Assembly: GCA_038206385.1 (NCBI GenBank)
Contig: JBBRAW010000006.1
Span: 2,440 to 66,439 of the forward strand
Length of the DNA: 64,000 bases
Reading direction: 5' to 3'
Origin: Bacteroidia bacterium
Lineage (GTDB): Bacteria > Bacteroidota > Bacteroidia > AKYH767-A > OLB10
Under the pieces are notes generated by a model. That model worked only from the letters and a program-made list of their open reading frames with translations. It was not told the origin of the DNA and did no database searches. The position numbers were made by a program, and so were the translations under genes. Positions 1 through 8,642 of this stretch are shown here, piece by piece; position 1 is the stretch's first letter; every line of letters starts with the position of its first letter.

Positions 1-1194
1 GTTCCATATTATAAATTGAGTGCAAATAATACTTCTGCTGATGATGAAAGATTTGAAACACCAATTACTATTAGTGTTTCATTTCAAGATACGATGTTAG
101 CACAACTTGGATTATTACCATTCGATAATCATCATTATTTGTTAGCGCAACATCTTATTGGGAGTTTAGATGATGACGGATATTTACGTCGGGATTTAGA
201 TGCGATTGCTGATGATTTATCCTTCACACAAAACTTAGTTACCAACCCTGAAGAGTTAGAGTCAACATTAAAGGTTATTCAAACATTGGATCCTCCAGGA
301 ATTGCTGCACGTGATTTAAGAGAATGTTTGATGTTACAACTAGAGCGAAAGAAACAAGAGCACCATCCTCATGATATTTCTTATCAGATTTTAAAGGATT
401 TCATGGAAGAATTTTCGAAAAAACATTACGAGAAGATTCAACGTGCACTTGATTTAAATGATGAGGAAATGAAAGAAGCTGTTGAAGAGATCTTAGCATT
501 AAATCCTCGTCCAGGCGGTGGATCCGCAGAAGATACTCGATCATCACAGCAAATCATTCCTGATTTTATTATAACAGTTAATGATGGGATTATAGAATTA
601 AATTTAAATTCAAAAAATGATCCGGACTTAAGAGTTAGTAAATCCTTTCAAGAGATGTTGCAATCTTATTCTAAAGACAAAAAAAATAAAGCTACAAAGG
701 ATGCCGTTGTTTTTATAAAACAAAAAATAGATGCTGCGAAATGGTTTATAGATGCAATTCGACAGAGACAACATACATTACTAACTACGATGAGTGCAAT
801 TTTGAATTATCAGAAAGAATATTTTCAGCAAGGTGATGAGCGAATGTTGCGACCAATGATCTTAAAAGATATTGCCGAAATGGTTGGTCTTGATATTTCG
901 ACAGTATCCCGTGTAGCAAATAGTAAATACGTTGAAACACCTTATGGAACTTTCCTATTAAAATATTTTTTCTCTGAAGGATTAACGACAGATAGTGGTG
1001 AAGAAGCATCGAGTAGAGAGATTAAAAAAATTCTATCAGATGCTATTTCAGGAGAAGAAAAAATGCATCCACTTCCTGATGAAAAGCTGATGGAGATTTT
1101 AAATAAATTAGGATATAATATTGCTCGACGAACAGTAGCAAAATACCGCGAACAAATGAATATTCCAGTTGCTCGTTTACGAAAAGAACTTTAA
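1..1194 (+). CDS. rpoN: RNA polymerase sigma-54 factor, C-terminal ~398 aa (5' end lies outside the window)
   Basis: Frame is open from position 1. It has a sigma-54 core-binding-like acidic region, a DNA-binding HTH and the C-terminal RpoN box 'ARRTVAKYRE'. The ORF track starts at an internal TTG. Confidence 0.9.
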   Translation, partial: VPYYKLSANNTSADDERFETPITISVSFQDTMLAQLGLLPFDNHHYLLAQHLIGSLDDDGYLRRDLDAIADDLSFTQNLVTNPEELESTLKVIQTLDPPGIAARDLRECLMLQLERKKQEHHPHDISYQILKDFMEEFSKKHYEKIQRALDLNDEEMKEAVEEILALNPRPGGGSAEDTRSSQQIIPDFIITVNDGIIELNLNSKNDPDLRVSKSFQEMLQSYSKDKKNKATKDAVVFIKQKIDAAKWFIDAIRQRQHTLLTTMSAILNYQKEYFQQGDERMLRPMILKDIAEMVGLDISTVSRVANSKYVETPYGTFLLKYFFSEGLTTDSGEEASSREIKKILSDAISGEEKMHPLPDEKLMEILNKLGYNIARRTVAKYREQMNIPVARLRKEL

Positions 1195-1212
1195 CATTAC
1201 CCCCTTCAATTT

Positions 1213-1854
1213 ATGATTACTAGTAAAATAGCAAAAGTTTTTTCTATTGTTTTACATCCTTTATGGATGCCATTATTTGCAACATGGATCATCTTAAATA
1301 CTGGATCCTATCTTAGCTTTTCAACATCCCCCATTCTGCAGAAGTTTATATATTTCGTGGTATTTATTAGCACAACATTATTTCCATCATTAGGTGCATG
1401 GTTATTAATGAAAAAAGGTAAGATAAGTTCTTTAGAAATGCCCAAACGAACAGAGCGGAATTCTCCATTTATTATAACACTTCTTTGTTATGTCGCTTCA
1501 GTATATTTACTTTTTAATATGCCTATTCCACGAATTTTCTCCTATATGGTAGCTGGAGGATTACTTGCTATTATTTGGGCATTTATTATAAATCTCAAAT
1601 GGAAAGTAAGCATTCACTTGATGGGGATTGGTGGATTAATGGGATTAATGTTTGGCTATGCTTTACTTTTTCATGTGAACATGATTTTCATACTGATAGT
1701 AATATCGTCGTTGGCTGGGATTTTAGGTTGGGCGCGGTTAAAACTTTTGGCACACACTCCAGCACAAGTGTATGTAGGATTTGTTAGTGGTTTTTTTATT
1801 GAGTTGGCTTTTATATGGTTTATTGTAAAAACAATTCTTATAAGTTCCATATAA
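1213..1854 (+). CDS. polytopic membrane protein, possibly a degenerate PAP2-like phosphatase
   Basis: 213 aa with 5-6 predicted TM helices. It carries weak PAP2-like motifs (K-x6-xP, 'SIH', 'R-x5-H-x3-Q'). It lies immediately downstream of rpoN. Confidence 0.5.
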   Translation: MITSKIAKVFSIVLHPLWMPLFATWIILNTGSYLSFSTSPILQKFIYFVVFISTTLFPSLGAWLLMKKGKISSLEMPKRTERNSPFIITLLCYVASVYLLFNMPIPRIFSYMVAGGLLAIIWAFIINLKWKVSIHLMGIGGLMGLMFGYALLFHVNMIFILIVISSLAGILGWARLKLLAHTPAQVYVGFVSGFFIELAFIWFIVKTILISSI

Positions 1855-1890
1855 AAAAAGGAGGTCTGTAAATCAGACCTCCTTTAATAA
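1853..1890. terminator. bidirectional rho-independent terminator between convergent genes
   Basis: A-run, then GGAGGTCTG-taaat-CAGACCTCC (perfect 9-bp stem), then a T-rich tail. It sits between the stop of the 1213..1854 gene and the stop of the 1905..2771 gene. Confidence 0.6.
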
Positions 1891-1904
1891 AAGCAGAAAA
1901 TATT

Positions 1905-2771
1905 TTATCCTTTTATTATAACAAGATATTTACTAATACTCCAAAATTTATCAGGATCTATAATTTTTAATGAAGTGTATTTTCCATCACTATTTTTCTC
2001 CATACTGAATGATCCACCAGGATGCGATGTCAACATTTTTGCTTCTTTTGTATCTAATGGAATCATTAAAGTTTGAGTATAATCGATTTTAGTGAAGTCT
2101 TCGTTTTTAAATTTAGGTTCGAAATGTTGTGTCTTACCCATTCCTAAAAATCCACCAGAACTTGAGATAATACTTTTACTTTTCAAGTCCTTTGAATCAC
2201 TAATGATATAATAAGCAGTATGTAATTTTGATGTTTGATCACTAATCGTTCCTGCCTGATTTGCTGTAACACTATTCAACGTATCTACAGTAGTTTTTAA
2301 CTGAGCAACTTGAATATTTAACCCTTCAAGTTTAGTATTTAAGTCAGCCAGTTCAGCTTCCTTTTGTGTTAATTGATCATTTAAATTAGTTATCGTTTTT
2401 GCTAAAGCCGAGTTCTTACTATTTGTCCGTTTAAGTTTTTTCGTAAGCTCAGCAATCTTGGTGCGGTTCTCTTGAACGAGGGTATTAATGTCGCTAATAT
2501 CTTGATTGATGCGTTCCTTCTTACTTAATGTAATCTCTCCTTGTTTATCCATATTACCTTCAATCTTATTCTGCTTTCCAGAGATTGATTCAAGGTTGAC
2601 TTGGATTTCATTGTAGCTCGTCAAGAAATCACCGAGAACAGAATCTCGCATTTCAGTTACTGCACGTAACGAATCTGCTGTTCTATTTAATTGATCAACT
2701 TCTTCTTGTTTTGAGTTACATCCCACTGCCATCATGATGACAACAGGTATAGCAAACAGTAATTTTTTCAT
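1905..2771 (-). CDS. coiled-coil lipoprotein, function unknown
   Basis: Signal peptide with lipobox 'MMAVGC'. The central region is long and Q/K/E/L-rich, consistent with coiled coil. The globular C-terminus is unrecognised. Confidence 0.6.
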   Translation of the reverse strand: MKKLLFAIPVVIMMAVGCNSKQEEVDQLNRTADSLRAVTEMRDSVLGDFLTSYNEIQVNLESISGKQNKIEGNMDKQGEITLSKKERINQDISDINTLVQENRTKIAELTKKLKRTNSKNSALAKTITNLNDQLTQKEAELADLNTKLEGLNIQVAQLKTTVDTLNSVTANQAGTISDQTSKLHTAYYIISDSKDLKSKSIISSSGGFLGMGKTQHFEPKFKNEDFTKIDYTQTLMIPLDTKEAKMLTSHPGGSFSMEKNSDGKYTSLKIIDPDKFWSISKYLVIIKG

Positions 2772-3073
2772 AATAACGCGATTAAGGTTTTATTAATGTA
2801 TTTTAGAAAGTTCGGTACTTAATTATTTAATTTCAATTTGCATTTTTAACGATCGAATTATAGGATACTTAAACGATCTTACCTAGATACTATCAAACTG
2901 ATGCCAATCAGTTTTCAAAAAATAATTATTACTAATTATACCTAATTTGAGTATTTACGAGGTTAATATTCCCCACAATGTTATTTAAAATATTCTACTC
3001 AAATAATCAGGGAATATAATTTCTCATTCAATTTTATAAGTAAAGTAAATTGAGAAATTTTATATCAATGCTA

Positions 3074-4522
3074 TTAGCCTTCAATATTCAGACTAATAAT
3101 AAATTTAGTACCCTTACCCAATTCTGATTTAACCTCTATAGTCCCATTGTGAGAATGGATAATGTTATGCGTAGTAGCTAATCCTAGTCCTACTCCATCT
3201 TTTTTTCCAGTAAAATAGGGTTCAAAGAGATGACTTAAATTCTCTTCACTGATACCAGAACCGTTATCAATTATAGTTACGAAACATTTTTCAGCATCCG
3301 AACTAGTAAGGATCTTTAATATTCCGCCCTCGTCTGACATTGCTTCAATTGCGTTAACAATAATATTTAGTAAAGCAATTTTCATTATAGTTGTATCTAG
3401 TGGAATATTGCTTATTTCATCATCGAAAACAGTTTCAACTTGTATGTTTTTTAAGATAATGCGATCCATAGCAAGGTTCAATGTTTCTTTTACTAAACCA
3501 TTTAAAGAAGTAGTGCTTTTATTAATTTCACTAGGTTTAGACGAATGCAATAGTTCGCTAATTAGATCATTTATTCTTATGCTATTTCTCTTAATTATTT
3601 CAAAATATATTTTTAATTCTGGGTTATCCGTTTCATATTCTATTTGCTCCACCGATAGATTAATATTTGTAAGTGGATTTCTAACTTCATGTGCCAAGGT
3701 TCTTACGATAAGACCGGTTATTGCTAATTTTTCGGCAATTATTAAATCTCTTTCTGCTTTTTTTCGTCTTGTAATATCATGAACCACTCCCTGATATTGC
3801 ACTTTATCATAACCTTCCATCTTTTGAATACTTCCAGATACGATACATTGTTTTATGTTGCCTTCTTTATCTTTCAATTCAACTTCATAATTAGAAACAA
3901 CTCCATGATTATTCAATATTTCTAAATAACCATCCAAATTTTCCGCCTTGAAGTAAAGATCCTTAGCATTCATGGAGAGTAATTCTGAATGTGAATAACC
4001 AAAAATTCTTGAAGCCGACTCATTTACAGTAACAAAATTTCCATAATAATCTGTAACATAAATCATGTCTCGCGATCTTTCAAAAATGTTTCGATAACGT
4101 GACTCACTAATTTTAAGTTCTTCTATTGATTTTTTTCTATTTAGCGTATAGCGTATGCTTCTTTCTAATTTTTCCGAATCAATAGCCGATTTAATTAAAT
4201 AATCAGAAGCTCCAGCTTCCATTGCTTCGAGATCAATTTTATGATCATACTTCCCTGTTAAAAATATTATTGGTGTAGTTATTCCTAAATGAGTAACGCG
4301 CTTTAATAAATCAACTCCTGTTTGTGATCCAATTAAATAATCAAAAAATATCAGATCATATTTATGTTGTAATAATGTTATCTCAGCTTCACGGAATGAG
4401 GGAATCCATTCAATAGTAAATTGAAACCCTTCAATATCGTTTAAGAAATCTTTTAATATTAAAAAATCATCTTCATCATCATCTACAAATAGAATTTCTG
4501 TTATTTTATCTTTAAAGATCAT
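3074..4522 (-). CDS. hybrid sensor histidine kinase (REC-PAS-HisKA-HATPase)
   Basis: N-terminal receiver ('ILFVDDDEDD...D...K' pattern), then PAS, then an H-box 'LAHEVRNPL', then G1/G2 ATPase boxes 'IIDNGSGI' and 'GLGLA'. Confidence 0.85.
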   Translation of the reverse strand: MIFKDKITEILFVDDDEDDFLILKDFLNDIEGFQFTIEWIPSFREAEITLLQHKYDLIFFDYLIGSQTGVDLLKRVTHLGITTPIIFLTGKYDHKIDLEAMEAGASDYLIKSAIDSEKLERSIRYTLNRKKSIEELKISESRYRNIFERSRDMIYVTDYYGNFVTVNESASRIFGYSHSELLSMNAKDLYFKAENLDGYLEILNNHGVVSNYEVELKDKEGNIKQCIVSGSIQKMEGYDKVQYQGVVHDITRRKKAERDLIIAEKLAITGLIVRTLAHEVRNPLTNINLSVEQIEYETDNPELKIYFEIIKRNSIRINDLISELLHSSKPSEINKSTTSLNGLVKETLNLAMDRIILKNIQVETVFDDEISNIPLDTTIMKIALLNIIVNAIEAMSDEGGILKILTSSDAEKCFVTIIDNGSGISEENLSHLFEPYFTGKKDGVGLGLATTHNIIHSHNGTIEVKSELGKGTKFIISLNIEG

Positions 4523-4630
4523 AGCAATTAAAATTAATTTTTAAGCTCTATTTAAATAAAGCAAATTTGAAAATTTATAGGATTTAATCTATCTACTTTA
4601 ATTACTAATAAATTTATTTTATTAATTAAA

Positions 4631-6049
4631 CTAAATATCATAGCTTTTCATTTTATTGTATAATGTTTTTCTATCGATAAACAATAATTTTGCAGCCTTA
4701 CTTTTATTGAAATTTACTTGCTTCAATACCTTCATTATTAATTCGTATTCTGCTTCTGATGCAGCTACTTTTAGGTTCAAGCTTTCCTCTTTCTTTTCAA
4801 CTGGGGCTTGTGCTATTGTAGGAAGAATAATAGATTCTGTCACTATCTCATTATTGTTTTCTGGAAACTGTAATTTACTGAAATTTGCTATTTCGAAAGG
4901 CAATGCTTTTACCTGTATTTTATTTCCTTCTGAAAGTAATGCCGAACGTTTAATCACATTCTTTAATTCCCGAAGATTACCATACCAAGGATATTTTTTA
5001 AAGATTTCTATAACCTCGTCCTCAAATTCTGTAATGTTTCTTTTTAGTTCTTGGTTTGCACTCTTGAGAAATAAATATGCATACGTCATAATATCTTCTT
5101 CTCTTTCACGGAGAGGTGGTACATCTAAACTAAATTCATTAAAGCGATGAAAAAGATCTTCTCTAAATTTTCCTTTTTTATATGCATCAGCTAAGTTCTC
5201 ATTACTTGCGATTATAATTCTTACATCTAAACCAATTTCTTTTGTACCACCAATTCGTTTCACTTTTCGTTCCTGCACAACACGTAGTAATGATGATTGT
5301 ACTTCGTATGGGAGATTTGATACTTCATCAAGAAAAAGTGTGCCGCCATTCGCTAATTCAAAATGCCCAATTTTAGTATTTAAAGCACCAGTGAACGAAC
5401 CCTTTTCATGTCCGAATAATTCACTTCCTGCAAGTTCCTTAGAAATCGCACCACAATCCATAGCAATAAATGGTTGATTTGCCCTTGGGCTTTTCATGTG
5501 AATTGTTTGAGCTACCGCCTCTTTTCCAGCACCACTTTCACCATATATTATTACACTATAATTTGTAGGAGCTACTAATTCAATTTGGTTAACGAGTGAT
5601 TTCGACTGTGGACTATTTCCAAAAGTATATTGCTCTTTGATACTGCTTTTTTTAATCTTTGTTGAGCTCTCCTTACTCTCCACATTATCACTGTTAAGTG
5701 CTTTATGAATAGTGAGTAAAATTTCGTCAGGAAATAATGGTTTGGTTATATAATCTAATGCTCCAAGCTTCATAACATTTACTGCCATACGAATATCAGA
5801 GTAACCTGTAATCATAATGAATGGCAAATCAGGATTTACATCCTTTACTCTTTTTAGCACTTCAAATCCATCTAAATCGCCTAATCTAAAATCACATAAT
5901 ATTAGATCTAGTTTTTCATCCAATGCAGTTGCAATACCTTGCTTTCCATTATATGCTAACAGTACAGTAAACCCGTGTTTCGTTAAAAAACGTTTTAAAA
6001 GTTGGCAAATGCCATGGTCATCTTCTATGATAAGAATTTTTTGGCTCAT
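4631..6049 (-). CDS. sigma-54-dependent Fis-family response regulator (NtrC-like enhancer-binding protein)
   Basis: REC domain, an AAA+ sigma-54 interaction domain with Walker A 'GESGAGKE', the 'GSFTGA' (GAFTGA-type) loop, and a C-terminal Fis-type HTH. Confidence 0.9.
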   Translation of the reverse strand: MSQKILIIEDDHGICQLLKRFLTKHGFTVLLAYNGKQGIATALDEKLDLILCDFRLGDLDGFEVLKRVKDVNPDLPFIMITGYSDIRMAVNVMKLGALDYITKPLFPDEILLTIHKALNSDNVESKESSTKIKKSSIKEQYTFGNSPQSKSLVNQIELVAPTNYSVIIYGESGAGKEAVAQTIHMKSPRANQPFIAMDCGAISKELAGSELFGHEKGSFTGALNTKIGHFELANGGTLFLDEVSNLPYEVQSSLLRVVQERKVKRIGGTKEIGLDVRIIIASNENLADAYKKGKFREDLFHRFNEFSLDVPPLREREEDIMTYAYLFLKSANQELKRNITEFEDEVIEIFKKYPWYGNLRELKNVIKRSALLSEGNKIQVKALPFEIANFSKLQFPENNNEIVTESIILPTIAQAPVEKKEESLNLKVAASEAEYELIMKVLKQVNFNKSKAAKLLFIDRKTLYNKMKSYDI

Positions 6050-6461
6050 TTTAATTTAGATATAGTAAAGTCCTTAAGCAATAACCCTACAAATTAATAT
6101 TGGGGTAAATTTAGTGCAATTTAGAAGTTTTAATAGAATATATGGGGAATAAACACCCACATATGAGAGGGTTTGATGCTTTGAAAATTATTTTCATCAG
6201 ATTTTTGCCCGTTACCATGAAGTTGCTTTATGACCCTAGATATATTAGGATTCGGGCTTCGGTTGATTTCAAGCTATTATACAAAGAACAGATATAATGG
6301 GAATTTAAAATAACAATAAATATGTTTTTAGAAACCCTTCACCCAAAGTGGGGATTTCAATTCCATAAAAACATTCGCTTTTCTCAATTTCACACTTAAC
6401 CTTCGGTGAAATGTTTTGGCATATTTTTTTCGATCCCTTGTATTAGTAAAATTATAGAACG

Positions 6462-6734
6462 ATGGAACAATCTAAAAATCACAAAAACGAAATTGAGTTG
6501 CCAACAAAAACAACTCAAGAAGAGTATTCTAAAAAAGAAACTGATCCAAATAATCCTACTGCTAATAAAGATAAGTCTGATGAAGAATTAAAAGAAAAAT
6601 CATTTGATGAATTCTCTAAAACTAAAATTCCTGAAATAAATGTTGAAGAAACAGTCACAGAAATTGATACATCAAAAAAATTAACAGAATCTAATTCATC
6701 TGAAAATGAAATATTTTCAGATGAAAAAAAATAA
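6462..6734 (+). CDS. small acidic, K/E-rich hypothetical protein
   Basis: ORF only, in an AT-rich intergenic patch with low complexity. It is followed by a hairpin terminator. Confidence 0.3.
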   Translation: MEQSKNHKNEIELPTKTTQEEYSKKETDPNNPTANKDKSDEELKEKSFDEFSKTKIPEINVEETVTEIDTSKKLTESNSSENEIFSDEKK

Positions 6735-6825
6735 TTTCTTTGTCAACATCTTTCAGCTAATTATTCTAAAACTTTTACTCTTTTCTATATTAATTTGATA
6801 ATCAAAATTGACAAATTAATAAAAT

Positions 6826-6860
6826 TCCATAACGGAAGGTGTTAAAACATCTTCCGTTTA
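6826..6860 (+). terminator. candidate rho-independent terminator
   Basis: ACGGAAGGTGTT-aa-AACATCTTCCGT stem, then a TTTATTATT tail, about 90 nt after the 6462..6734 ORF. Confidence 0.4.
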
Positions 6861-7000
6861 TTATTAATTACTACTAGTTAGAATTATGAAAAAACTCGCA
6901 AACGAAATAATATTTATTACTGGAGGTTTATATTGATGGAGGGTATTTATCTCAGTAACTTTCCTAAGAAAAAATTAAATAAAACAGGAGAAATTCAACA

Positions 7001-7312
7001 TTGATGACAGATAAACTAGCAACTATGTTAAGCCATAACGGATCAACAAAGAAAAATCCACCGCGGATTAATTTGAAACAAAAATTCTCAGAATTGATAT
7101 GTAATGTTTTTGGCCATAACTGGCACTATAAGGATTATTCTAACTGGATAAAAGAAAATGGTGACCGTTATGAATTTAATGCTTCAAGAAATTGTTCCAT
7201 TTGCGATCGAAATGAATATTTATATTCAAAATGGAAATACGAAGAAAAAAAATCACCATACGATGTTGAAAGTGATTCGCGTTCATTGAGAAAGTTACCA
7301 AACATTAAATAA
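7001..7312 (+). CDS. hypothetical protein with a C-x4-H...C-x2-C pattern
   Basis: ORF only. It is preceded by two tiny ORFs (6886..6936 and 6936..7004) that overlap each other and it by ATGA/TGATG junctions. Confidence 0.3.
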   Translation: MMTDKLATMLSHNGSTKKNPPRINLKQKFSELICNVFGHNWHYKDYSNWIKENGDRYEFNASRNCSICDRNEYLYSKWKYEEKKSPYDVESDSRSLRKLPNIK

Positions 7313-7364
7313 TTTCAAAACAATATCAATAATAGATTGTTCACTTCATCTAATATATAATTAA

Positions 7365-7808
7365 ATGCCTTTTACTAAGAGAGAATATATAGAAAATATT
7401 TATGATGAATATTGCTCTATGATGTATGGCATTATCATAAAAATTACCAATGATGAAAAAGCAATTGAGACGATATTAACTAGTGTTTTTAAATCGTTAT
7501 TGAAAGATGATTTCTTTGCTCTTAACCCTCATTGCATTCGAGCAAAAATAATTAAACTTACAGTTCAAACGGCGTGTAATCAATTGAACTATGATGAACA
7601 TTCCTATATCTGCTTTTCAGAAAAGACACCGCAATTGAATAACATCTTGTCTCATTATTCAACTTCATCAAATCGAGAATTAGTAAATTCTAGTAGTTGT
7701 AATATGCTATTGCTTAGAGAGGAATTTAATTCAATTCGCGAAAATTTGCTGTTGAAGGGTAATTCTAGGAAGATTCCAATGTATATAAATGAGAATGGCT
7801 TAAGTTAG
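7365..7808 (+). CDS. divergent ECF-type sigma-70 family protein (region 2-like, degenerate region 4)
   Basis: The N-terminus 'IENIYDEYCSMMYGIIIKITNDEKAIETILTSVFKSL' fits the sigma-70 region 2.1-2.2 pattern. The C-terminal part only weakly resembles region 4. Confidence 0.35.
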   Translation: MPFTKREYIENIYDEYCSMMYGIIIKITNDEKAIETILTSVFKSLLKDDFFALNPHCIRAKIIKLTVQTACNQLNYDEHSYICFSEKTPQLNNILSHYSTSSNRELVNSSSCNMLLLREEFNSIRENLLLKGNSRKIPMYINENGLS

Positions 7809-8180
7809 TTTAACTTTATGCTTTTCCTTAGATTCTTCTAGAGTTACCAATTAATAAGAGTAATTACTTAAATTGTTTATGCTTCTTTTATAAATTATTT
7901 AAACTGTGGAACCTTTTTCCCGATTATGTAAGCAATTTTAGATTAATAATAAAGATTTGTAAATAACCACTTTTTTTGCCATTTCGTGTACCTTTTACCT
8001 ATAGAATTGAGAGATTGAAACTTTTCACAATATTTGAATTTATAAAAAAAAATTTCGCTATTCATAATTTTAAGATTATATTGAATCTTTTAAATTTAAA
8101 AATCAAGTTCTGCTTGTTAATCAAATACAAAATATTAATTTCACCTAAAGTAATTCTTTGCATAAAATGCTTACAAGCAA

Positions 8181-8642
8181 ATGAACATGCGAATACTTAA
8201 TATATTATTTGCTGATAACGATAAAGATGATTGCATGCTTTTTAAGGATGCAATTCAAGATTTATCTATATCCGCAGAGATACTTAATTTTTATGATGAT
8301 GAGCAATTATTGTATGAATTAAATAATGCAACAATTTTACCTGACATACTATTTCTTGACTTAAACATGCCACGTAAAAATGGGTTTGAATGTTTGAATG
8401 AAATAAAGCAACTTAAAAAATATGATCAACTTCCTGTAATTATTTTTTCAACTTCTTATGAGCAAAATATAGTAAATCTTTTATACAAGAATGGAGCTAA
8501 TTATTATGTTAGGAAACCTGCTGCGTTTTCTGAATTAAAGAAAGTAATTCAAGAAGTTGTTTCGCTTACCCTTAAAGGAAATATTTCACTTCCTGTGAAT
8601 GAAAATTTTGTTCATAGAGAAAAATTAAGAAATAACTCATGA
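8181..8642 (+). CDS. stand-alone CheY-like response regulator receiver
   Basis: 'ILFADNDKDD' then 'LDLNMP' then 'K' receiver signature. Its stop overlaps the start of the next gene (ATGA). Confidence 0.8.
   Translation: MNMRILNILFADNDKDDCMLFKDAIQDLSISAEILNFYDDEQLLYELNNATILPDILFLDLNMPRKNGFECLNEIKQLKKYDQLPVIIFSTSYEQNIVNLLYKNGANYYVRKPAAFSELKKVIQEVVSLTLKGNISLPVNENFVHREKLRNNS

Noticed and set aside
3408-3782. ORF-track entries antisense to or nested in large, well-supported genes (for example 785..1009, 3408..3782, 4656..5150, 5817..6059, 8694..8876, 9080..9752, 14241..14474, 15223..15408, 21299..21919, 28142..29185, 43855..44248, 53661..53909, 54606..55187, 55259..55528)
   Set aside because: They are shadow ORFs in low-GC DNA. 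They have no domain signatures, and the overlapping opposite-strand genes have strong domain evidence.
7976-8200. 74-aa ORF immediately upstream of the REC gene
   Set aside because: Extremely AT-rich, I/L/K-dominated, and it overlaps the REC gene start. It is more likely promoter or leader DNA.
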